The notes under the pieces were generated by a model that worked only from the letters and a program-made list of their open reading frames with translations, did not search any database and was not told the DNA's origin. From NCBI GenBank assembly GCA_963849325.1, contig CAWKHF010000002.1:416001-480000 (forward strand): 64,000 bases of DNA. Direction: 5' to 3'. A program made the translations under genes and the position numbers. Source of the stretch: an uncultured Planctomycetota bacterium (GTDB lineage Bacteria > Planctomycetota > Planctomycetia > Gemmatales > Gemmataceae). Positions 51,104 through 64,000 of the stretch are shown one piece after another. Each line of letters opens with the position of its first letter. Position 1 is the first letter of the stretch.

Positions 51104-51946
51104 TCACTCCTTTTTCGGCCCGAACAGGCGCATTGCGCGCATCTTCATGAGGACCTGGTGGAAATCGCGCGGTCGGTCCTCTTTCTTCTTGGCCAGCATA
51201 CGCAGAACCAGGTCGGCGAACTGCTCGGTCACTTCCGGGTTCAATTGCCGCGGCGTGACTGGTTTCTCGACGATGTGCTTGGTCAGCAGTTCCTGAAAGC
51301 TGGCAGCGCGGAAAGGCGGCCGGCCGGTCACCATTTCGTAGCACATGGCGCCAAAACTGTAAATGTCGGATCGGCCGTCCAGCGGCTGACTGCGGATCTG
51401 TTCGGGCGACATGTAACTGTGCGTGCCCTGCGGCTTGCTCTTGCGCCAGAAGAACTTGGCCCAACCCGTCGGCATCTTCTGAGCGATGGCGAAGTCAATG
51501 ATGCGAACATCGCCGCTGCTGGCGACCAGGATGTTATCCGGTTTCACGTCGCGGTGGACCCAGCCCTTGGCGTTCATGAAGGCCAGTCCGGTGGCCACCT
51601 GCTTGAGGATGTCTTGCCCCTTCTCCCGCAGAAAATCGTACTCCTTGCGCATGAGGCGCACCTTCATGCTTCCGGCCGGGAAATACTCCATGGCGAAATA
51701 AGGATTGCTGGCGCTGCGATCCACCTTGACGATGCGGATGATATTGGGATGGGCGAGCTGCTGGCCAACCTCCGCTTCATGAAAAAGAAACTGGCGGTGG
51801 GCCGAATCCTGGGCCTTCTCCGGCAACAGCAGCTTCATGGCGAAATGCCGCCCGCTGTGGACCTCGACGACCTCCCAGACCTGGCTGGCCTGGCCCGTCA
51901 CAATATGGCGGAGTAGGCGGTATCCGCCGATCGTTTCTTCTGACAC
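51104..51946 (-). CDS. Stand-alone Ser/Thr protein kinase
   Basis: FAMKLL, HRDVKPDN, IIDFAIA, GTHSYMSPEQ, SDIYSFG. Confidence 0.93.
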   Translation of the reverse strand: MSEETIGGYRLLRHIVTGQASQVWEVVEVHSGRHFAMKLLLPEKAQDSAHRQFLFHEAEVGQQLAHPNIIRIVKVDRSASNPYFAMEYFPAGSMKVRLMRKEYDFLREKGQDILKQVATGLAFMNAKGWVHRDVKPDNILVASSGDVRIIDFAIAQKMPTGWAKFFWRKSKPQGTHSYMSPEQIRSQPLDGRSDIYSFGAMCYEMVTGRPPFRAASFQELLTKHIVEKPVTPRQLNPEVTEQFADLVLRMLAKKKEDRPRDFHQVLMKMRAMRLFGPKKE

Positions 51947-51961
51947 GTCCGCCTCCCCACT

Positions 51962-52012
51962 TCAGTTCTGAGTTCTGAGTTCTGAGTTCTGAGTGAAGAC
52001 AGAACTCAGGAC
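51962..52012. repeat. (GTTCTGA) tandem heptamers with a partial inverted copy
   Basis: cagttctgagttctgagttctgagttctgagt..cagaactcaggac. Confidence 0.8.
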
Positions 52013-52025
52013 TTTGACAGAACCG

Positions 52026-52957
52026 CTACCAGTATTCTTCGTAATGCAGGTTGCCTTTGATCTTTAAGCTCGGCTGGTCCGTCTCGAAGCCGCGTTTTTC
52101 CAGGATCTCGATGACGCCCGGCGGCTGCGGGAAGATGCGTTCGCCGGTTTCGCGATTTTTTTCGGGCACGCCGATCATCTTGGGATTGCCGCACAAAAAG
52201 ACGTGCGTCCGCTTCGGGTCGAGCGGTTCGCCAAGGCGTTCCTCCAGTTGTCCGCTCGTCAAGAGATCCTGAATGTAAACTTTATGGCCCTTGCTCTCGG
52301 CCTCGCGCGTGGTCAGCGACAGGTAGATGTAATTCGGATAGCGCCGCATCAGCTCGTCGTGAATGGAGTGATAACCGAGGTCTCGGCGATAACGCACGCA
52401 GCAGGCCGAGAGAATGCGGCCGCGATGCCCGCGTCGCAGCAACTCCCACAACATATAGTTGTGCGGCGCCTCGCCCGTGCCGGTGGCCAGGAAGACACGG
52501 CATCCTCGGGCCGTACCGGATCGAGGGTGAAGTTGCCGCTGATCTTCTCGCCCAGGAAGAGACGCTCGCCCTCGCGCAGCAGGAACAGGCGCGGCGTCAG
52601 GGCCGGAGGCAGGGTCTTTTCGGTCTCGCGCACCAGGACGATGTAAAACTCCAGCCAGTCGGCTTTGTCGCGGTCGAGGAGACGCCCCTCGTCGTCGAGC
52701 ACCGAGCAGCTGATGGAATAGGAACGGCGGGCCAGTTTCGTCAGGTCCGCTTCCATCAGATCCTCCTCCGCGCTGCCCGGAAAGCGCGGCTCCCAGTAGC
52801 CCAGCCCGAGCGCGGCGTACTGGCCCGGTTTGTGGAGATGAAGCGTGTAGTCGGGACGTACCCGCATGATGAGCAGGTCGCTGTGGATCTTGACCAACCG
52901 GGCCACGGTGGCGTTGTACTTCTGACGACGCAGGTCCGCGATCTGTTCGGGTGTCAT
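52026..52957 (-). CDS. fpr: Ferredoxin--NADP reductase (frameshifted)
   Basis: KPGQY, RRSYSI, LTPRL, LATGTGEAP, FLCGNPKMI, C-terminal EEYW. Confidence 0.9.
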
Positions 52958-53124
52958 GCTTCTCTCGATCCCACCGACGCAAACAAGCGGCCCCGGCACC
53001 CCCCGCCCCGCCGCAGTGCCGCTGGGAAATGGCGTCCGAGGTGGAGAGGGAATGGACCACTCCTCCAATGTATTATAGGGAACAGCGCCGAAAGCACTGA
53101 AGGGCTTTTCGGCCGGTGCATCGG

Positions 53125-53193
53125 TCTCACGTTTAGCCGCGACGCGCGGCGGAGCGCGATGCGCTCTGCCGCGCGTCGCGGCTAAACGTGAGA
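53125..53193. repeat. REP-like palindrome
   Basis: tctcacgtttagccgcgacgcgcggcggagcgc-gat-gcgctctgccgcgcgtcgcggctaaacgtgaga. Confidence 0.9.
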
Positions 53194-53250
53194 GAATGGT
53201 TGGACGAGTGCTTTCGAGACGCCGAGATAAACGGGCAGGCCGGTTCGCCC

Positions 53251-54129
53251 TCAACTTCGTTTCTTGACCGCTTCCTTGACGACGTGCCACACATGCCTTC
53301 ACGTCCGCCGAGGGATCTTCGGGATGGGCCTCATACTCGATACTGATCATCCCCTTGAATCGGACCTCCCGCAGCGCCTGGAGGACGCCGCTCACGTCGA
53401 GGACGCCCTTGCCGAAGATGACATCCTCGTGCTTCGCATTGTCGTGGTCCTTCAAGTGAATGCCGAAATTGCGTGTCGCCCATGAGGCGGATTTGCTCGG
53501 CCGGATCAAGCTTGTCGCCGAGCTGGGCGGCGCGAATGAGATGGCCGGTGTCCAGGCAAGTCCCGATGAGCGGATTATGGTCCTTGACCGCCTTGAGGAT
53601 GACTTGCGCCGAATACCAGCGATGCTCCTTCTTTCCTTGCGGCCCGTGCGGATGAATGCCGATGGCGATCTGGTATTCCTCACACAGCTTATCGAGGCTG
53701 TCGAAGCTGTCCGGGTCGGGATCGGCGCTGAACATCTTCACTCCCAGCGCCTTGCCGAACTCGAAGACCTTGCGGTTGGCGTCGGTATTCTTCGAGAAGT
53801 GCTGTACTCCCCAGGCCAACGGCGTGACCTGATATTCCCTGCACAGTTTCAACAGGGCCTCGATCTGCTTGGGAGAACTCCCCAGCAGGGGCGTGTTTCT
53901 GGAAGAACTCGACGTAGTGCAGGCCGAGATCCTGCATCCTCTTGAGGGCTTGCTCCGTATCGAACTCACGGAAGGTGTAGCTCTGGGCCCCGAACTTGAA
54001 ACCCCCGAAGGCGTCGTCCTTTTTCTCCTCGGCGTGGAGGAGATTCGGCGCGATGGCCAGGCCGAGAGCGGAGGCGCTCCCGGCCTGGAGGAAACGACGG
54101 CGATCCAATGTGTGACGGTCCCCGATCAT
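53251..54129 (-). CDS. Tat-exported sugar phosphate isomerase/epimerase (frameshifted)
   Basis: DRRRFLQ Tat motif, GAQSYTFR, GIHPHG, CLDTGH, IHLKD, ISIEYE. Confidence 0.88.
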
Positions 54130-54237
54130 GGCGGTCTTCTCCTGCGAAGAGGAACGTGGCGAGCGTGCATCGAGCTATTGGGTTATCACGACGCGCGGGG
54201 AGTGTCAAGGAGTGGCCCGTTTTTGCGGAGAGAGAAG

Positions 54238-54273
54238 AAAAACCCCACGCCGGTTGGGCGTGCCGGCGTGGGG
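54238..54273 (-). terminator. Intrinsic terminator after the VIT-vWA gene
   Basis: ccccacgccgg..ccggcgtgggg stem with a T-run on the minus strand. Confidence 0.65.
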
Positions 54274-54305
54274 GAACGGATCGCGTCATCCCTGGCGAGG
54301 GCGGC

Positions 54306-56744
54306 TCACTTGCGGGCGACGAAGAGATTGCGAACTTCCTCGTCGCTCAGTTTCTCCTTGCCATTGCTCGTATCGATCACGAGGGCGGTCCCGCTTGGGG
54401 CGACCCAGACGAGATGATTGCCGAGCTTGAAGACCTCCTTGAGTTTCGGCTGGCGTTCGAGCAGCTTGAAGTAGGCGTCGCTCTGCGCCTTGACGACGAG
54501 CGGTCTTCATCTTGGCGTCAAAGCCTTCGTCGATCCAGACGCCGCCGACCTCCAGGCAGTTGCGGCCATAGACGTTGCGCAAGGCCGTCTGTTCCAGCCG
54601 CGTCTGATTGCGGAGGTTTTGCATCTGCACGGATAGATCGACGCCGAGTTTGCCGGCCTGCACGCCGTCAATGGCCCGCCGACGAGAGCAACTCCCGAGC
54701 GCGATCGTAGGCTCGCCTTCTTGTCGCGGGCTTCGGCGAGGGCCTTGCCTTCGGCGCCCTTGTCGCCGCTTCGGCGACAGATCCTTCTCGGCTCGATGGC
54801 CACGGTTGATCGGCCAGGTCGCCGGGCTTGGACTGGTTCTGCTTGGCGAATTCGAGTACCGGGACGGGCGCAGCTCGTCGGTGCCGCCGGAGCCAGTCCT
54901 GCCGGGACTCCGCCCCTGCCCGTGCCGCCCATCATACCGCCGAAGCCGACAGCCGGACGACCGCGGCTGTGGTCGCATTCTCGGATCGCGCACGACCGGC
55001 ATGGGTCCGTCGGGCACGACGAGATAGCTGGTATACGGCGTGGTGATGCCGTACTTCTTGGCCAGGGACACCACTTCCTCCACCAACTCCTTCTTCTCGC
55101 CGTTGGCGCGAATCTGATCGAGCAAGAAACCGACCTTGCGCCGTGCCCACAGTTGCTCCACAAACTCACGCTCCTCGCCCGTCTTGTCCGGGAACGTCAA
55201 CTCGTAGACAAACTCCTTCGACTCCTTGCCCACTTGACCCGACAGCTTGATCGCCGCCGCACCCTGGCCCGAGTAGCGGCCCAGAACCACCAGCTGACTG
55301 CCATGGAACAAGTCCGGCAACTCCGGCGGATACACCTCGCTGAACTTGACGCCGTTGGTCGCCGACAGCTTCAGGTTCGTCAAGCACCGGATTGCTGATC
55401 TTGCCGTACAAACCACTCACCTTGTTCTCGATGTCCTCCGCCGGACGAACGTAGGTGGACAGGGCGCGCGTCTTCTCCGCCAACTGATCCAGCATGGTGG
55501 CGTTGACGTCGTCGCCCACGCCGAAGGTGAAAATACGCGTGTTCGGCGGTGTTCCGGGCCGACGGTGTTCTTGAGGATCTTGTCGGCGTCGGTCTCGCCG
55601 ATGGTCGGCTGACCATCGGTGAAGAATACCACCGTGAACGAACGCCCCTCATCCTTGCCGCTACGCAACTCCAAGGCCGAGGCCAGGGCGTCGTTGATGG
55701 CCGTGCCGCCGGTCGCCTCCAGCTCCTCCACCCACTTCTTGGCCCGGCCGACCTGCTCCGCGTTGGCCTCCAGCAGCTTGTCCTCGTAGCGATTGACCGT
55801 CGTGGCGAAGTTGATCAGGCCGAAGCGGTCCTTGGGTCCGAGGTTGTCCAGGCAGTATTTGAGCGCCTTGCGGGCCTGCTCCATCTTCGGACCACGCATG
55901 GAGCCGGAAGTATCCAGCACCAGCACCATATCGCGCGGCACCTGATATTCCTTGGAGATTTCGACCCGCGGCGTGATCAGCAGCGTGAAGTAGCCGTTCT
56001 CGCTGCTGAGGGGCCGATGCGTCAGGGCGGTCAGTCCCACGTCCTTGTCGCCGGTGGCGTAGAACAGTTGGAAGTCCTTGTCGAGCAGTCCCTGGTTCTT
56101 GTCGAAGGTGACGGTGACTTCCTTGTCATTGTTTCGTCTTGAGGGAGATGGCGTGAGTGGGACTGTAGACGTTGGTGACGTGGTGCTCCGACTTGATGGT
56201 CGCCGTGATGGAGAACTCTTCGAGGGTGCGGGTGGCCTTGCCGTCGGTCTTGAGCGGATAGACGTACTCGACGAGCTTGCCTTCTTTGCTGGCGACGGCG
56301 GTGAAGCTCAGGGCGACTTGCTGATCGCCTTTGGGTGGGATGGGGAAGACGCGCAGTCGCAGCAGGTTGTTGCCCATGTATTCGAGCAGTCCGGGGTCTT
56401 GGGTGCGTCGGACGATGGAGGTGTAGATGTCGCGTGGCTTTTTTGGCTTCGACGAGTTCGCCCTTGGTTTCCTTGCCGTCGACCCACATGGCGAAGCGGT
56501 TGACGGAGGCGCCTTTGGGTACGGGGAAGACGTAGGTGGCTTCGAGCTGTCGGTCGGTGTGATTGCGGAAGGTCTGCTCGACGCGGGTGACGGCAGACTT
56601 GATCGTCGATGGTGATGGTGACTTTGTGGTTGAGCATGGCCAGGGGCGGCAGGCTCTTGTCTTCGGGGATCAGCAGGCCGTGAGCGTGGACTGTTCCCTG
56701 CCGGCCAGTACGAAAACGGCCATAACCAGTACAGAGCGGCGCAT
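54306..56744 (-). CDS. Secreted VIT + vWA domain protein (multiple frameshifts)
   Basis: VIT: QTFRN..LEATYVFPVP..MWVDG..GELVE; MIDAS LVLDTSGSM, GGTAI, FFTDGQPT; LWARRKV..KYGITTPYTSYLV. Confidence 0.9.
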
Positions 56745-56788
56745 GGCGAACCCTTTCTTGGAATGGATCGCAGGTTCCCCTCACTCCA

Positions 56789-56817
56789 TTAGACGAATGG
56801 AAGGGCCGTTGGATTGC
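56789..56817 (-). promoter_or_regulatory. Putative ECF promoter GCAATCC-N16-GTCTAA upstream of the VIT-vWA gene
   Basis: Minus strand gcaatcc aacggcccttccattc gtctaa. Confidence 0.5.
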
Positions 56818-56889
56818 CTGAACCGCGAGCGGCCGACGACAGAGCTGGATGTTACCGGGCCGTTACATGGCGGATTGAGGCGAGACGAC

Positions 56890-58251
56890 TCAGCTACGCA
56901 AGACGAGCAGAACGCGGATCGTGCCGGGTTTGGTCGGCTTGCGGCTGTCCAGGAACCGCTTGATCTCGGCGAGATCCGGGAGAGGGCCGAACTGGATTGT
57001 AAGCCAGGACAAGGGCGAGATGTTCGGGCAGCTTGGCGGCGGCTTACCCGCTCCGGGCCGCGGCGTCCCCCCCTGCCCTGCCAGGGTCTGGGCGACCTGC
57101 AGCGCGGTCAGGTCCGAGAGCGGCTTGCGCGGATCGGTGCCGAGCGGTCCCTTCGCGGCTGGTTCCGATGTCGTGGGATCGACGCCCAGGAGGGTGGACA
57201 ATTCCTTGTGGTGTTCGGGTGTCATGCGCGTCAGCACCAGGCGATCGAACTGAGCATCCGTCCGGCTTGCGGGCCGCGATCTTCTTGTCCTCCGCGCCGA
57301 TCCGCTGGACGAACTGAGCCAGTTCTTCCGGCGTGAGATTCTCCATATAGACGACATAATTCGTCTTCCATGGTCGGCATCTTGAGCCGATCCTGCGCTC
57401 GTTTCTCGATCAGCAGGCCGAGGTTCAGGGTCCGGGCGGCGGTCTGAACGTGCTCGAAGGCCTTCGTGCCATTTTGACACGGCAGCTCCAGCCGGAAGTT
57501 GGTGTCCTTTCTCAGTTCGGCGACAGAGTCTTCGCGAACGGCTTCCTGGTCGAGATCGTGCACCTTGAGCACGACGGGCAGGATAGCCTCGACCTCGCGG
57601 AACCGAAACATCTCCATGCGATCGGTGAGGATCGTTTCATCCTTCGGAGGAGGCGGAGGCACTTCCGGCGCGGCTTTGTCGGATTGCCGGTCGGCCCTTG
57701 GACGACTTCGGGGGCCTCGGCCACCGAGGGCTTATCAAGTTCGGGCGAGACGGCCGATGGATCTCGGTGACGAGGGAGTCCGCTCCTTGGCGACCGACCT
57801 TCGAGGGCGTCTTCTCCGGCACGTTCGGCGAGGACAGCGTGTCGGGTTCGTTGCTGGGCGAGGTCGGGCTTGAGCGAACGGCGTCAGGGAAGCGGCGAAG
57901 TAGAGATAAGAGGCGAGGCCCAGCAAGGCGAGTACGGCGGCGGCGGCTGCCCAGGCGGCCAGGGGGCCGATCCCAGAACGTGGACGACGCGAAGCCTGGC
58001 GGACCCGGCGCTGCGCCGGGCGTCAAGCGGCGCTCGACGATGGTGCGGAGGACTTCTCCCGTCAGATCGACCGGCAAATGGGGCGAAAGGCAGATGGCGA
58101 AGTGTAGCGAGCATCTTCGCTGGAGTTGCTGGAGCAGTTGACGGGCCTCCGGCGAGCGGCGCAGCAGCCGCGCGACGTGACGGCGCTGACGGGCGGTCAG
58201 TTCGCCATCGACGTAGGCGGTCAACAACTCGCGGTAACGATCGAGAAGCAT
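56890..58251 (-). CDS. Putative anti-sigma factor with TM and large C-terminal domain (frameshifted)
   Basis: ELLTAYVDGELT..VARLLRRSPEARQLL; TM AAAVLALLGLASYLYF; directly follows the ECF sigma gene. Confidence 0.8.
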
Positions 58252-58278
58252 GGACGCCGGTCCTTTCGCTCAGGACAT

Positions 58279-58851
58279 CTACTCGGCCCGTTCACTCTTC
58301 TCCAGCAACTCGCGCAACTCCAGCCGAGCGCGGTGCAATCGGCTGCGGATGGTGCCGATGGGCACTTGCAAAATCTCGGCCATCGTCTCGTACTTCTGCC
58401 CTTCCATGTCCTTCATGACCAGCACCGCCCGGTGTTCCGGCGACAAGCCGGCTGAGCGCTTCGTGGATCCGGCGCCCCTGCTCGGCCTGCTCCAGGGCGT
58501 GGCCCGGCCGGCTCTCGTCGGAGGGGTCGAGCGGCTCGATGGCCGTGCTCGCCGTCTCGGCCCAGTCTCCATGCGGACCATGACCCGCTGTTTCCGCTTC
58601 AGGCTGATGGCCGTGTTGACGGCGATGCGGTACAGCCAGGTGAAAAACAGCGAGTCACCCTTGAAACCGTCGAGCGACTGATAGGCGTTGAGGAACGCCT
58701 CCTGCACCACGTCCTGAGCATCCTCGGCGTTATCGACCAGGCGATAAACGCTGTTGTACAGACGCTCCTGGTAGCGGCGTACCAACACCCCAAAGGCGGC
58801 CGTGTTGCCTTGCAGACAATCAGCGATGAGGCGTTGGTCGTCGGCGCTGAC
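58279..58851 (-). CDS. ECF-family RNA polymerase sigma factor
   Basis: DAQDVVQEAFLNAY..FFTWLYRIAVN; YETMAEILQVPIGTIRSRLHRAR; start codon uncertain (GTC at 58851). Confidence 0.93.
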   Translation of the reverse strand, partial: VSADDQRLIADCLQGNTAAFGVLVRRYQERLYNSVYRLVDNAEDAQDVVQEAFLNAYQSLDGFKGDSLFFTWLYRIAVNTAISLKRKQRVMVRMETGPRRRARPSSRSTPPTRAGRATPWSRPSRGAGSTKRSAGLSPEHRAVLVMKDMEGQKYETMAEILQVPIGTIRSRLHRARLELRELLEKSERAE

Positions 58852-58866
58852 GGTTCCCTACCGCTC

Positions 58867-58895
58867 TTGGACGATGGCGGCGCCGCGGAAGTTCC
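58867..58895 (-). promoter_or_regulatory. Sigma-E-type promoter GGAACTT-N16-GTCCAA, likely autoregulatory
   Basis: Minus strand ggaactt ccgcggcgccgccatc gtccaa immediately upstream of the ECF gene. Confidence 0.7.
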
Positions 58896-59143
58896 CGAAA
58901 GGCGGATTCGCCGAGCCGACAGCCCCCTGTGCGGCCGACGGCGTATCCGGAGCGGGTCGCGCGCTATGGAAGAGATCGATACCCGAAGCCGAAGGCGAAG
59001 CGCTAGTCATGATGCCACATCTCGCTTGATCCTGTCAAAAGGAACTGGTGAAGTCCCAGCTTCTTGTCTTCCCAGGGACCGCCTGCGGAGTTATAGACGG
59101 GTAATCCGTGTCCTGTCGGCCACGATCGGTCAGGGAGGATGCG

Positions 59144-60695
59144 ATGACGAGATGGACAAACGGTTCGCCGGAAAGGATGGGATCGACTTGTCGAGGCTCT
59201 CCTCGCTCGCCGTCGCCGCTCGCCATCGCCGTTTGCAGTGCCCGCCCCTACGCCGGCGGCTGGAACGACGGCAGCCGACTGGCCACCGTCGAATCCCTGG
59301 TCGATCAGCATACTTGGATCATCGATCGTTCTATCTTCGTCCAGGTGCCGCCAGCCTACGATGGCACTACCCCCCTGCCCTACGATCCCGCCGAGCCAGG
59401 CTTCTGCAGCACGGCACCCTCGACAAATTATTCATCGAGGGACACTATTACTCCGACAAATCGCCGGTTCCCGCCCTGCTGATGGCCGGCTGCTATCGAG
59501 TCTGTGCAAGTGGATGACCGGCTGGACCGCACGCACTCACCCGGATCAGTTCTGCCGGGCGATGACGCTGGCCTCTTCGGGACTGGCTTACGTCGTGGCC
59601 GTGCTGTGCATCTACCGTCTGGGCCGACCTCTGCGTTTGTCCCTGTCCGTGCGACTAGGTCCTGACCGCCAGTTTCGCCTTGGCCACGGTGGCCCTGCCC
59701 TACGTCCAGCACGTCAACAATCACATCCTCCTCCTCGGCGTGACGGCCGCGCTGGTTCTGGGCGTCGCGCGGTTAGTGGAAGACAAGAACGAGGGCCGGG
59801 TGTCGGGCTGGCGCTTCGCCGTCCTGGGCACGCTGGCGGGACTTGGGATACACGATCGATCTGGGCGTCGGTCCAGTGGTCCTGGTTTCGTACGTCGCTC
59901 TTCTGTCCTGAGTCTCTGCCGCCTCCCGTGGCCTGCGGAGCGGCGTCGGCTTCACCTGGTCCCCCTGTCATGTCTCTCTTCGTGCTGGGTGCCCTGCCCT
60001 GGCTGGTGCTGCATCATGCCCTCAACTACGCGATCGGCGGAACGTTCCAGCCGGCGAACGCGAACCCCGAGTATTTCTGCTGGCCAGGTTCGCCCTTCAG
60101 CGCTCGCAATCTTACCGGGAAGCTGGGTCCACGACGAGCCCGGGGTCGTTCCTCCTCTACGCCGCCAGCATGATGGCAGGCAAACGCGGCTTTCTGGGCC
60201 ACAACCTGCCTCTGTTCCTGGCCCTGCCGGCGCTGGTCGTTCTCTTGCGGCGTCACCGCGAATGTCGGCGCGAAGTGCTCTGGGCCGTGGGATGCTGTGC
60301 GGGCACCTGGCTGCTGTACGCCGCTACGTCGAATAATTCTTCGGGACAGTGCTGCTCCATCCGCTGGTTCGTGCCGCTGCTGGCTCCGGCCTATTACGTC
60401 CTGGCCCTGTTCTTGCAGCGCTATCCGCGATACCGCATGGATTTCCTCGTTCTCAGTGCCTGGGGAGTGCTTCTCGTCCTGTTGATGCGAGATGGACCTT
60501 GGCTGACGCACATGGTTCCCTTCTTCTGGCCGATCCAGGCCGCCGCCCTGGGCAGTTGGGCGTTGTGTTCTTACCTGCGCCGCCGAGTTGCGCGGACAGG
60601 CTCGCCTTGGCCTCATCCTCTTGCGGCCTCTACGCGACATCCGTATACTAATGAGTATGCCAAGAATCTCTCTCCAGGAGCGGCGGCCTCTCGTT

Positions 60696-60703
<8 letters not shown>
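59144..60703 (+). CDS. Multi-pass membrane protein, possible GT-C fold (multiple frameshifts)
   Basis: WNDGSRLATVESLVD..IID, DKLFIEGHYYSDKSP, NNH, IRWFVP. Confidence 0.65.

Positions 60704-64000
<3,297 letters not shown>

Overview
High-GC bacterial chromosome segment. Gene content (several Hanks-type Ser/Thr kinases, ECF sigma/anti-sigma pairs, HEAT-repeat and Tat-exported proteins, hopanoid genes, tandemly doubled UvrA) points to Planctomycetota, probably Gemmataceae-like; this is inference. Many genes, including conserved ones such as uvrA, shc and hpnH, are broken by single-base indels, which looks like long-read assembly error, so CDS boundaries were rebuilt across frames. No rRNA, tRNA, CRISPR array, transposase or integrase was recognised. 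The standout is a ~4.4 kb insertion between hpnA and shc in the hopanoid cluster. It carries an uninterrupted 1045-aa ORF fusing an N-terminal helical domain, an intact Ser/Thr kinase, two GYF_2 domains and a full-length RuvB ATPase, and next to it lie nested toxin-antitoxin relics. Other points of interest: a ~450-bp low-GC patch inside a secreted metallohydrolase gene, an orphan structured intergenic region ending in a C(UUCG)G hairpin, a tandem GTPase pair, an amino-sugar/GT-C glycosylation cluster, three ECF-type promoters, and many palindromic or short tandem intergenic repeats, several of which encode the C-termini of neighbouring proteins.
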